Assembly (NCBI GenBank): GCA_002245135.1
Contig: NGBS01000885.1
Span: forward strand, 62,001-126,000
Direction: 5' to 3'
Source: Proteromonas lacertae
Taxonomy: Eukaryota
DNA: 64,000 nt
Of this stretch, positions 14,525 to 27,643 are shown in pieces. Position 1 is the stretch's first letter. The number at the start of each line of letters is the position of its first letter. The translations under genes and the position numbers were made by a program. The notes below the pieces were generated by a model that made no database searches, had not been told where the DNA came from, and saw only the letters and a list, made by a program, of their open reading frames with translations.

Positions 14525-16593
14525 TTATAAATTATATTTATTCTTAATATAATACACTATCTTATTGATTTGGTTCTTCGATATTAACAAATCATTTATA
14601 ATTTCTTCATTATAATAGGGATTATCTTCGTTTTCAAGTATTAATATTAAATCATTCAATTCATTTTCACATTCATAAAATGATCCAATCATTTCCCACT
14701 TCACACTTTTTTCCAACTTATTCTTCAATTGATTAGTTTGATTATTATTTAATATTCCATTTATACTAATCTTCAATTTATTCTCATTATCATAAATTGT
14801 TTCTTGCACTTTATACTTTAACTTCTTCATTATATTAAACATATTTTCACTATTAATTATATTATTATTATTATGATTTTCAATCTCTTTGACAATCTCT
14901 TCCTTCTTTAACAATAACTTGTATATTTCAGTTAAAAATAAGAAGAGATTATTATATAGCAATTCTATTTTCTTAATTATCCTTTTTTCTTCCTCCTCAT
15001 CCTCATTCTTAACTTTATCTTCTCTTAATATTGATGGACTTATTTCTATTACACTTTTTCTAACAACAGGTTTACTACTGTTACAATTTACAATACTGTT
15101 TCTGTTTGTATTTGTTACTGTAACTGAATCACATAAGTCTATAACACTTTCATTCTCAGTTAGTGTACTATTCCTTTTACTTTTCATATTACCTTCACTA
15201 CTATAATAACACTTTTGAAATTCATTATCTAATAAAACCGGATCATATTTATGGTTTAATATGGCTGTATCTCGAACAAATAATCTTAGAATAAGATCAC
15301 TAACAAGAGTTGCAACTCCAAATAATCCAACACCAGAACCAATAGCTATCATAGTTGTAATAAAATCAAATGTTCGACCTTCACCAGTTATTGTGATGAT
15401 TATTTTCATTCCATAGATCTTCCATAAATCACGATATAATGTTCCATTACTGTTTCGATAACGATCGATTGTTCGAAAATTATAAAAATATATTAAGAAA
15501 ATTTCATTTATTATATATAAAATATGAAATAAATAAAAATAAAAATAAAAAGATACAAATCCACTTGAAAATGAAGAATTATCTATTCGCCATAAGGAGA
15601 TTATTGGATCACATTTCTTTATATCTCTGTCTAAATTACATTGGAAATCAAAACTGATCATTATAATTTGACCTTTTTCGATGGTTTTATCAAAATATGA
15701 TAAATCTAATCTGTCAGGTGGAGAAACACTTTGAACCAATGGATTTCCATCCATTTGACCTGCAGCACTTAGATCACTAACTCTGAATAGATTCTTATTA
15801 TAAACCATTGAATTGTCAGTGTTTGATGCAGGTGTATTTGGTCTGCTTGGAAATTTACCATCAACTCGAACAAATATTGTGAAATTTGCAGTCTATAATT
15901 AAAACAATAGTAATATATATATTTATACATGTGGCAAAATATTAGTTCTTCCTGTATTATCATCTTCAATTGGACACCATGTGGTTATTTCACACATTGA
16001 AACATTCTTTGAATTCATTACACACTTTCCTGTTGATATTCCATTAGCTGTCATTCTATTAAGTTATATATAACAATTATTGTACTTTCCAGCTTCACAT
16101 CTACCAGATTCTGGACATTTTTCACTGATTTCAGCTGGAGCGTTTCCCTTTGTATCTAGTCCAGTAGTATTACAAAATGTCTGTTCAGGTGTGTATGCAT
16201 AATTAGTAGTAACAAAGGCAGCACCCATTTCCTACAAATTTCAATCAAAAAATGAAATACTTGTGGTGGTACAACCAAATCCATTGCATCAAAAAACTGA
16301 CCACTGTCAGACATAGCATTCCCTTTTATTTTGATTGTAGCAGTGCCTAGTAGATAATTATATACTCAATACCATCAAAACTCTCTGTTCTTTGATAGCC
16401 TGCCTTAAAAACCATTTGGTAAAATATTATATATGCTAAGACAGTAATCTGAATTAATCTGTACAAAATTGCCTATGATGCTTGAATAGAATGATCATAC
16501 AAGCTTTATATCCTTAACTAGCATCAGTTTATTTGTTTTATAAACCGTACAAGTACGGATAACACTTCCTTTCAGATCAAAATCAAAACCCAT
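14525..16593 (-). CDS. P2X purinoceptor (ATP-gated cation channel), copy A
   Basis: Spliced product shows YKTNK (YxTxK), TM1, TIKIKG, FDAMDLVVPPQ, WCP, GFNFR, RDLWKIYG and TM2 IGSGVGLFGVATLVSD, followed by a long cytoplasmic tail. Confidence 0.92.
15482..15556 (-). other. U12-like GT-AT intron (75 nt) in P2X copy A
   Basis: 5' GTATCTTTT, branch-like TTTTCTTAAT 10 nt before the end, and no AG inside. Removal gives SSGF|NFR. Confidence 0.75.
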
Positions 16594-17104
16594 TTTGAAA
16601 TGTTGGTATTTTTCTTGTATTATATATATTTCGGTTATACGAAGATTTATTCTAATTGCATAGCGTATATAATATAGAAATATATAATAGTTTTTATTTA
16701 TGTTTTTGTTGCGCATCGTATAACTAACAAGCTGTTAAGCTAAGGTTAATTAAGATGAGTAAAATCTAGTAGCACTACTTTTGCATTATTGTGATATTAT
16801 TCAATCAATTACTAATCAACACAAACTTTATTCTTAAAAAAAATTACAAATCATTAGTATCCCGATTTAGTAATCTGTAAATAACTTCTTTTCTTTAGAT
16901 AGATGCAACACTTAGTAAATAATGAGATAATAAACAAAAATAAAATTTAAGGCGGATTTACGATAATTTGCTTAGTTTTAAACCTTATTCATTCTGCAAT
17001 AATTAATATACGAGTTAATCTTCCATTTTAATCACCAAAAAAGTATTTCATAAATCATTCTAATAAAATAATAATTTGTAACGAATAGAATTCTTAATGC
17101 GACA

Positions 17105-19931
17105 ATGATAGATTTTAAAGCTGTGTTTGTAAGGAACTTCTTTTTATACAGAACTTCTAAATTAGTTCTAGTACAAAGTCCGAAGCTGGTATTGAATTTA
17201 TTTTAACCTTTTTAGGCATTTTTTTATAGATTTGTCCAACTGGGAGTTTTAGCCTATTTAATATTTTACCAGATGATTTATAAGACTGGCTACCAAAGGA
17301 GAGAACCTTTTTCAGGTATTCAACGTTTATTATTTACTAGGCACTGCTACAATCAAAATAAAAGGTAATGCTATGTCTGACAGTGGTCAGTTTTTTGATG
17401 CAATGGATTTGGTTGTACCACCACAAGTATTTCATTTTTTGATTGAAATTTGTAGGAAATGGGTGCTGCCTTTGTTACTACCAATTATGTTTATACTCCA
17501 GAACAGACATTTTGTAATACTACTGGACTAGATACAAAGGGAAACGCTCCAGCTGAAATCAGTGAAAAATGTCCAGAATCTGGTAGATGTGAAGCTGGAA
17601 AGTACAATAATTGTTATATATAACTTAATAGAATGACAGCTAATGGAATATCAACAGGAAAGTGTGTAATGAATTCAAAGAATGTTTCAATGTGTGAAAT
17701 AACCACATGGTGTCCAATAGAGAATGATAATATAGGTAAATTGAATTTACTACCACATGTATAATAGGTTTTTAAAATACAATATCATATATAGACTGCA
17801 AATTTCACAATATTTGTTCGAGTTGATGGTAAATTTCCAAGTAGATCAAATAAACCCGTTTCTAATACAGATAATTCAATGGTTTATAATAAGAATCTAT
17901 TCAGAGTTAGTGATCTAAGTGCTGCAGGTCAAATGGATGGAAATCCATTGGTTCAAAGTGTTTCTCCACCTGACAGATTAGATTTATCATATTTTGATAA
18001 AACCATCGAAAAAGGTCAAATTATAATGATCAGTTTTGATTTCCAATGTAATTTAGACAGAGATATAAAGAAATGTGATCCAATAATCTCCTTATGGCGA
18101 ATAGATAATTCTTCATTTTCAAGTGGATTTGTATCTTTTTATTTTTTATTTATTTCATATTTTATATATAATAAATGAAATTTTCTTAATATATTTTTAT
18201 AATTTTCGAACAATCGATCGTTATCGAAACAGTAATGGAACATTACATCGTGATTTATGGAAGATCTATGGAATGAAAATAATCATCACAATAACTGGTG
18301 AAGGTCGAACATTTGATTTTATTACAACTATGATAGCTATTGGTTCTGGTGTTGGATTATTCAGTGTAGCTACATTAGTTTGCGATTTAATACTTCGTTG
18401 GTTTATTAATGATAAAGACATACTGAAACAGAAATATGATCCAGTTTTATTAGACAATGAGTTTAGAGCAAGTTATTATTTATATGATGATAAAAAGACA
18501 AGAGAATCTCTGAAAAAGACTTCGAGAAGTAATAAAAAGCTTTCACTTGGTTCATTTAATAATAATTCACCATTAATGAGTCCAAATGACCAGTATGAGA
18601 GAAATAGACTCTTTTTTGATGATAATAATTGTAATAATAATAATAATAAACCAATATTGAAGAATAAAACTTCTATTCCTTCAGTTATAAGTAGTACAAC
18701 TGCTAGAAATGAATTTATGATGGAAAATATAAATAATAATGTAAGAATAGAAAATGAAGATAAGATAATTATTAAGATATATCAATTATCAGAAAATTGG
18801 TTGAATTATTTATATGAAGTTATTCGTGAATTGGGATTACTGGGATCTATCAATTCCAATTTGAATAAAGAAATATATTCGTTTTATGAATATATCAGTT
18901 ATGAAGTTTGTGAGATTGTTGAGGATTATAAGAAATGTATTTATTACAGATTATATAACAAAGAAAGTGAATTATTTTTAATTACAATTAATAAACAATT
19001 CTTATGGGAAATAACATCATGCTTGTACAAGAATAATGATAAAATGAATGAAATATTAGAATCTTTAAAAACTGGAAAATATAAAAAACAAAGTGTAAAT
19101 TTAAATCAGACTGAAATAGATCCAGTAATTAAACATATAACTGACAGTAAGAAGCAATTAGAAAGAATAATTGAATATATATGTAAGAAGTATAACTTAA
19201 ACAACAACAACAACAATAACACTAATAATAATAATAATAATAATAATAGGAATATCAACAATAGTATATCAGTTGGAACAATCAGTAGTGACAGTAGCGA
19301 AGGTAGAAACAGTACAGTTGAATATCCAGTAGTAATAACAAAGAAGAATATAATAAATCAATCTAAACATAATTCATTTAAGAAATCACCTCATCTAACT
19401 ATTAGAATTGAAAATAGTAATATTATTACACCAAAGAATCCATATGAAGAAATTAATAATAATAATAATAATGAATCAATTGAAATGGTTCCTATACCTC
19501 CACCACCACCACTATCTCAACAATCTATTAAATCTCCTTTTCCTCAAACTCAACAACAACAACAACAACAATCTCAACCACCACCACAACCAATTGTTAT
19601 TCAGAGACAACAAAGTGAATCATATGATAATGTATATATGATTCCTGAATCTAAATTGAATGAATTAATAGAGGATGAAAATAATGAAGAAGAAAAAGAA
19701 GGTAATGATGGAATGAATAATAGCACAATCAGAATTATGGGAAATACAATTCATAGAATTATCACTCCAATAAACCAAGCACAAAGAAAGAAAAATGAAT
19801 TTGTTAATACTGCTAAACCATATTCATTATCATCCTATTCTTCTTCTCCTTCTTCCTCCTCCTCCTCCTCGTCTTCTACATCCTCACCTAAGAATGAAAT
19901 TAATGAAAATGATTATAATTATGATATTTAA
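17105..19931 (+). CDS. P2X purinoceptor, copy B, with an extended low-complexity C-terminal tail
   Basis: ATG at 17105 gives MIDFKAVFVRNFFLYRTSK. It has the same P2X motifs and intron positions as copy A. Confidence 0.92.
18131..18200 (+). other. U12-like GT-AT intron (70 nt) in P2X copy B
   Basis: Same signals as in copy A. Removal is required to restore the frame and yields the conserved GFNFR. Confidence 0.8.
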
Positions 19932-20249
19932 AAGAAGATGTAAATAGATTTATTTATTATAAGAACATATAGATTTTAATTTTATATTTAGTTTTTAGTT
20001 TGATAAAAGAACATTGTGGTTTTATATAATCGATGATATAATTTAAATAATACTGGATTATTTATTTTAATAATTACTAAATATTGTTATTAAAGAATAA
20101 ATTGACTTAAATGTACAACAATTATCTGATAATTGTTATTACATCTCATATTATTCTATTTTGAATTTTAGAGCTTGAATGATTCAAACTTTATTTTCAT
20201 TATTTTTTTTGAATTTACAAATCATATCAAACATAACAATGTAATTTAG

Positions 20250-23200
20250 TTATACTATATTAAAAAATTCTTTTGATAATTCTTTCTTTTCTTCTTCTGA
20301 TATTCCATTCAGGTAGATTACTCCAATTAAAGAAAATGCTTCTAAAAATGATTTTAATACGGTTTTATCTATATTCTCTTTTACTGTTATTGATAAATCT
20401 TCAATGCATTCAAATATTTGTAGGCTTTCTTTCATTAATCTCAATTCATTTTCATTTAACTCATTTCCTGATATATTAATCTTTTTTAGAGGAATATAAT
20501 CTTTCAGCTTTTCTATCAACATTGCAAGTCCTTTTTCGCTCATTCCAATACCTATTCATATAATAAATATGAATTATATTCATTAAATACTTGATAAATT
20601 TAATGAATTTGGTTTTCTATCTATATCTCTTTCTACAAACTTATCTATATATTTACATACTATTTCCACTCCTTCATCTCCAATATTATTGCTACATATT
20701 GATATATATTGTGAATTTCTTGGTAGAGAATCTGTTAATTCTTTCAATCCTTTATAGCTGATTTGATTATGAGATAAATCAAGTTTTTCATAACCAATCT
20801 GCATTATTAAAGCAATATGAGAATCTTTTAGATTTAGATCTATTTCACTATAAACATAGATTTAATACTCGAAAAATCATAGTTTCTATCATATTCACTC
20901 CTTTTCTTTTTAATACAATAATTTAAATAATACTCCAATTCTTCATTTGTCCATGATGAATATTTCATTTGAATAAATGGAGAATTATCAATATCTTGAG
21001 TTATTGAACATATTGATTTAAGGCCTTTCATTCTAATGTTGTTTCCATTTACATATATTTTATCACATACTCTCATTGAATCTATTCTATTTGCTAATAA
21101 TATCACACTTTCATCATCAATTAATACATTATTTAGTTTCAATTCATATGGATATATAAAAACTTGTAAATTGTTAAGTAAAAATCTAAATCCATTATTA
21201 CCAATTGGATTCTCTATTGAGTATATATGTATATTCGATGTTTATATATACTATTAATCAACAATGCTCGAATATTATTTCTTTCTTTCATATAATTCAT
21301 TAATTGTTCAATACCTTCTGAATCTATGTTATTATCACTTATATCAAGTATGAACATTTCATTAACATTCTTTAAACCATCTAACAAATATTTTAATCCA
21401 ACTGAAGATAATCCCATTTCTATTATTCAATATATAATAATAATAATTATACTTGAACAATCAATTCTATTACTATAATCTTCTAATAACTTTACATGTG
21501 GAGATAATAATTTCATTCCTTCATCACCAATTTCATTTCCACTCAAATGAAGTTTTCTTATTCTAGAAAAAGAAGATATATTGTTAACCAGTATCTCAAC
21601 ACTAAGATGAGTGAGTTTATTATCTTTCAAATATATCCTTTCTATTCTTCCTAATTCAGTTGATCGTACAGAAATGAATGATTTAATATAATCATCATCA
21701 ACTCCTGATTCATTTAGGTTTAATTCATAGCCAATATTTTCCAATAATACTGGGAAATCTTTATCAATCAATAATTCTTTTCTTACATCACAACTTATGT
21801 TATGAAAAACAGAAAATAATATTTTCAAACCTCTATAGTGAATGTTCTTATTTTGTCTAACATCTATTTTGATTAAGTTTGGATATTTGTATAACTCTTC
21901 TGATAGTAATATCATTGATTCATCATTTAAATTCATTCTATACAGATCCAAATTATTTTCATTGTTGATTAATAAATGCAAATACGGAAGTAAAAATTTA
22001 AACCCATTTGCACCAATTCTATTATTACAAAGATCGACATATTTCAATTTCATAAATGGAATTGATTTAACAAATGATTCAACAAAATGAAAAGATACAT
22101 CATAACATTTAAAATATAATTCTTGTAAATTTGATAATTGTCTAAAATATGATCCAAATAATGACTGATGTTTGATTGAACAATCTAAATGAATTAAAAA
22201 TGATTAGAATATTATACAAAAAGAGATTTTAGTTGGATTTATTAATGCTAATATTCTGAAAAAATAATTAATACCTTCTTCACACAAACAAATACATCTT
22301 GTATCAATTTTGAGCAGTTCTTTTCCATTGTATTCAGTAGTACAATTAAATATCATTTCATCTAAATAACACTTTGATTTTTCTTTACATTGGTGATGGA
22401 TTTGAAATTTGAGTTTGTTTGTTACTGAATTATCATCTTTATATAATTTCATCATCAGTAGAATTGAAAGTATTCTTTCATTTGGTTTGTTATTGTAAGA
22501 TTTTATCAAATTATCTCGAATGTTTTCTCTTTTATCACTATTTAGATAATATTCTGATGGATATATTATTGGAAATGTAATTATTAAGTTATCACCATTA
22601 TATAACACTTTCTTTCTTTCATTTAATATTATCATATTCTCATCATTATCTCTTATTATTTCACTCGTTTTTATCATTTCTTTTCTCAACTCTTTCAAAC
22701 TCATTCTATCTTCACTCTTCACTTTCAACATTCTCTCTATCATTTCTTTTATAACTATATCATTACATTCATCTAAACTGTATTTGCATCTCATAATATT
22801 CTCTTTTGTTTTATTCATATTATCATCTTCATTAAATGGTAATTTCTTTAAAATCATTTCATATAAAATGCAACCAATTGACCAAATCACACTTCTCTCA
22901 TCACATTCATATCCATTCAACTCTTCAGGGCTTTTGAAGCAGATATCATATATACTCATATCTTCTTCTTTTCTTAATTCATTCAAAAGTAAATCACATA
23001 ACTTTATATTTCCATCTTCTTCATTTATCACATTACTACTCTTTAAATTACCAATCATTACATTATATTCACTTAATATCATTACCAAATTACATATACT
23101 GCATATTATACTACATACATCTTCATTTGATAGTGATTTACTTTGAATTAATTTCTCTAAATCTCTTATATAATATTTTCTTTCCAATATCATATATTCA

Positions 23201-23486
23201 CTGTAATAACTAAGCTGAATCGCTTCGGAAGGATAAATAAAGGATCTACAAAAAACTAACAATAGCGAGTTATTCTCACGGAACTTCGATATGTTCTTCT
23301 CCTTCATATTGCTAACATTCAATATTTTTATTATTCTAATATCATTCTCATGCTGTATTACTAAATCTACTTCATTATCATTTCTTTCTACTCTGCTTTT
23401 TATCTAAAAATATAATTCAATTAAAATACTTTCACATGATAAGGTAATATTGATGATAGAACATCATTAACAAAAGAATTAAGCAT
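20250..23486 (-). CDS. Pseudokinase-LRR fusion protein, copy 2
   Basis: Collinear with copy 1 from IGNLKSSN/DLL/SPE through the LRRs to ...ELSKEFFNIV*. Confidence 0.85.
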
Positions 23487-23702
23487 TTTTTAATATTGTT
23501 TTAAAAATTTAGTCGTTTCAGTATTTATTTTCATTTTATTTCTCAAATAAATCATTATTTACGCTATCAATTCTCATTATCAATACTATTTCATCTTTAC
23601 TGTTCGTTTAAATAAAGCAAACAAAACAAAAAAATCAATCTATAATAATAATCAGATATGTAGAGTTTTATATATATATATATGTCTTTATATATTTCAC
23701 AT

Positions 23703-25686
23703 TTAACCAATATGAGTAACAGCACTACGACCTTCTTCTTCCAACTCTTCTTTGGTAAACTCTTTATTAGCATCCATACAAAATGTATATTGATCTACAG
23801 TATGTTTAAATACATCATTTATAACTGGAATATCAAAACTCTTCAAATATTCAGCTATTTCTTTAGACATATGACTGAAACTTAAACTAATTTTTTTACT
23901 ATAATATAACTTCAAAATATCAGCAAACATATTGACACTAGTTATATCCATAAACTTGACATTCTCAAAATCAAACACGTACTTATACTTTGGAGGATTT
24001 TTATTAAAAAGAGATAAGAATTTATTGAAGATAACTTCAATATTTAGATAATGTAAAGAACTTCTAAACTTTATTGTGGATGTATCACTGATATGATCAT
24101 GATAAACATCAAATCCAAATAATCGAACTAATTCACGATAATAACTACCACCTGGTTCATGTGCTTCTTTTAATATTACAAATATTTGTGTTAATAAACA
24201 AAATCCAATACCTATATACAAACCTAATTCAGTATCTAAAGTAATAGTACAAATAAAAGCAACCCACCAGTGTAAAAATTCTAATTTACTTTTGAAGAAT
24301 ATTTTATAAGTATATATTATACTTACATAGATTTTATCAAAAGCACTTATTACTAATGCACCTAAAATGGCTTGTGGTAAATACTTCAATATTGGACCAA
24401 TGAATAAAACAACTAATGTCAATAAGATGAATGAAACGACATTATATAATGGAGTAACATCTGCACCAAAACTACCTGCACAATAACTTCTACTAATTGA
24501 ACCTGTTAATGGGAAACTTTCAGTGAAACCGCCTATTAATGAACCAAAACCAACTGCTCTTAATTCTTGATTTGGACGAACTCTATAACCGAATTGTCTA
24601 CCTAAACTTTTACCACTACTAATTGCAATAACATAACCTATTAAAGCTAAGGGAATCGCCGAAGCTAAATAACCTCCAAAATGTTTAAAATGTGGTCCAT
24701 GAAATGAAGGATAACCCTTTTTAATTTCACCTACAATTGCTACTCCTGCTTTACTTTCGAATTTTCCTACACCACTGATGAATGTATAAAATATAACAAC
24801 AATTAATTCTAATGGAATTGTAATTTTAGGGTATGAACCTCTTATTGAGATATTTACCTAAAATCAGAATGATTAAAGCACTAAAACAAATACCAAAGGA
24901 AGCCCAATTGAAATGATCCCACTGTTCAAAAACATCAATTACATATTGGAAAAATGGGCCACCACTTTTGGCATATTTTTCGGCACCAAATAAATGCTTG
25001 AGTTGGCTTGCTGCTATATTATAAGCACTTCCTGCAGTGAATCCAGCTAATACGGAATCACTCAGCAATGCCAGTAATAGCTCCCAATCGAAATGTACCA
25101 CACAAAATTAAGATTATTCCAACCATTATATTCAAATCAAACATTTGAGATAAATATTCATCTATATCTTGGGTAGGATCAACGTACTTTTGTACAGCTA
25201 CCAGCTGACATAACAGACATTAAAGGAAAGACACCAATATTCAAATGGTAAGATGAACCAAAGATTGTGTACATAACTGCAGGAACCATACCAGTGTAAA
25301 TTCCATACAGCGTCGGTGTCTTCGCTAAGTTAGCATTGGCCAAACCCTATTAATATAATTCAATCTCATTTTATATATATACATTCGAAATACAAACTAT
25401 ACCAACTGTTACTCCTGCCATAAGATCGGGCATTATATTTTTCTTTCCATATCTATTTTTTAAATGATATAATATATGGATTATACTTGGTAATCCAATC
25501 AATGATTGGAACATATAGTTTTAAAAGCCTCCAAAGTATATTACCTATTTCTTTCTTGGATGCTTTCACAGTTCCATCATCATTAATAACCTGCCTCAAA
25601 ATTTCACCTTCTTCATCCTATAATGCTCATAATAAAAACAAAATTACTTCTAATTCAAGAAATGTAGTTAATCTTCTTCCTGCCAT
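23703..25686 (-). CDS. SLC26/SulP anion transporter with a C-terminal STAS domain (three apparent +1 frameshifts)
   Basis: PDLMAGVTVG, IFGSSYHLNIG, LSDSVLAGFTAGSA, NQELRAVG, FPLTGSISRS, LPQAILGAL, and STAS-like VFDFENVKFMDITSV. Confidence 0.9.
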
Positions 25687-26111
25687 TTCATTAAATAGAT
25701 GATCTAAGCAATTGCTTCTATGAAGATAAGATTTTGGATTTTAAAACCGCAAAAACTCAGATCTTAGATGAGGCTTATTTTATATTGAAACACTATTAAA
25801 TATTATTTATCATTATTATTTAATTTTTGAGAGTAATGGAATTAATGTAACTAGCTGAAATTTAGGGTTTGGTAGTAGAATCATTATACGAATAGTATTT
25901 CTTCATAATAAACACATAAACACATAGTTGAAATTTGTTGTCCATCGCACTTATACGCTTTATAATTAGCAATGAAGAATTGTAAATTAATTGAGGAATT
26001 GTTTTTTATTCTTTATTTGTTGTGAATTGATTAATTAGTTCTAATAAACAACAAGTGAATATAATATATATATGCATTAATATAAATTAAATAATAATCA
26101 ATTGAATCAAG

Positions 26112-27506
26112 TTACACAGTCTGTTTTTTACTACAAGCAGTACCATAATAATTCTTATCACATATACATCTTCCACTTACACTATCACATTTTCCTTTAC
26201 TACTACACTCTGTTTGATGATGCACTGTAAAAGCGTCAGATCTTGTAGACAATTGACCAGTGCTAATTACAGAATTAGAACAAAGTGTAGCTAGATCAAT
26301 CGGACTTTTAATAATACTATCACTTTTACCTGGATTTATTTTATACTTGCTATTTGAATAACATGTTATTTCAGTTCCAATTAATTTGATATGTCTCATT
26401 AACCATAAAGCATTAGGTGTAGAACCATCTATTTTACCATCACTATTAACACCATCTCTTATTGCTGTTGTTTTTTCTTCACTATTCTCTTTTAACACTT
26501 TAAACTCCATATCTTTTATTACATCAATATTCATATAATCTAATTTAATTATTACAGTCAAATATTTACCATCACTATAACCATTATCATTGTTTATTTT
26601 ACCATCTGTACATTTCAATTCAATATTCAATATACTGAAATACGGAAACATACCAATCTTCTTAGATAATTCATCTTTAAACAATCTCATTTTTTCGATA
26701 TCCAATTTACTTTTTTCACCACATATTCCTTCATATTTACTGATTACTGCTGATTTATATGTATAACCTCTATAATTAAATTCATAATAATGAGCAATAG
26801 TATTACCATTACCATCACCTTCAGTATTACTATCACTTAATAAAGTATAACCAAATATATAATCAGTAGTATAGATTGTTGGATCAAATCCATATTCACA
26901 ATCCTTTTTATCACAAAACGTACCATTATATGGATAATAACAAACACATTTATAATTAAAATCTAAAGACCAATCATTTGTAACATCAACAAGAGGATCT
27001 GATAATTTTAAAACATCTTTTCCTCTTATACACATTCCATGGCCATTACACACTTTTTTATCTTTTGAGGAGGAGATACAGCCTTTTCTTTGACATGCGC
27101 TACCTTCATAACCATTGTTACATTTACATTTACCTGTCTTTCTATCACATTTACCTGCATTTGAACATTCTCGGTAGGGATGGTCAACTCCTGATCCTGA
27201 TTCTCTTATTCCAAATCCCATTGGATACCATTCGGTTTTTACTCTTTTGTTTGTTATTATTCCATCATCATCTAGATCTCCATAAGGACTATCTGTTTCT
27301 GATATTCCATAAGGACAAGCTTCTATTAGAATTAAATAATATTAATAATCTATACTCTCTGTACAATTGGCTCCACCATATCCCATGTAACAAACACATT
27401 TATCTGCATTTAGCTGTCCATTAACACAAGTTACTCCTACACTTTGTGCTTGACAATTCATGATAAATATTAAACATATTAAAAAAATATAGATGTTGTT
27501 GTACAT
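26112..27506 (-). CDS. Secreted EGF-like protein, mastigoneme (Sig1/Ocm/Mas)-like
   Basis: Signal peptide, N-terminal EGF repeats, CPYG...PYGDLDDDG...WYPMG...HPYRECSNAGKCDRKTGKC, a non-EGF middle region and one C-terminal EGF. Confidence 0.7.
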
Positions 27507-27643
27507 TATATTTCGAAAAAAGTATAGTGTAGGCTCGAATTACTGATTTGATTCATTTTCAAAAAAACATCAAAAAAGAATAATACATTAAAAATTACAT
27601 TAAAAAGTGTGTGTGTTAAATTTCATTAAAACATACAAATCAC

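Larger units (their letters stand above)
15321..18361. repeat. Inverted repeat of about 1 kb (arms 15321-16352 and 17335-18361) around a spacer of about 1 kb
   Basis: The arms are near-identical reverse complements, introns included, apart from one diverged patch (about 15810-15972 vs 17716-17875). Confidence 0.9.

Noticed and set aside
15321..18361. Inverted repeat as transposon terminal repeats
   Set aside because: The arms are P2X coding sequence, and the spacer holds the two 5' gene ends with no transposase.
22085..22100. Minus-strand GTATCTTTT as another U12 donor
   Set aside because: It lies in an open coding frame (DVSFHFVESF) that aligns with the paralogs.
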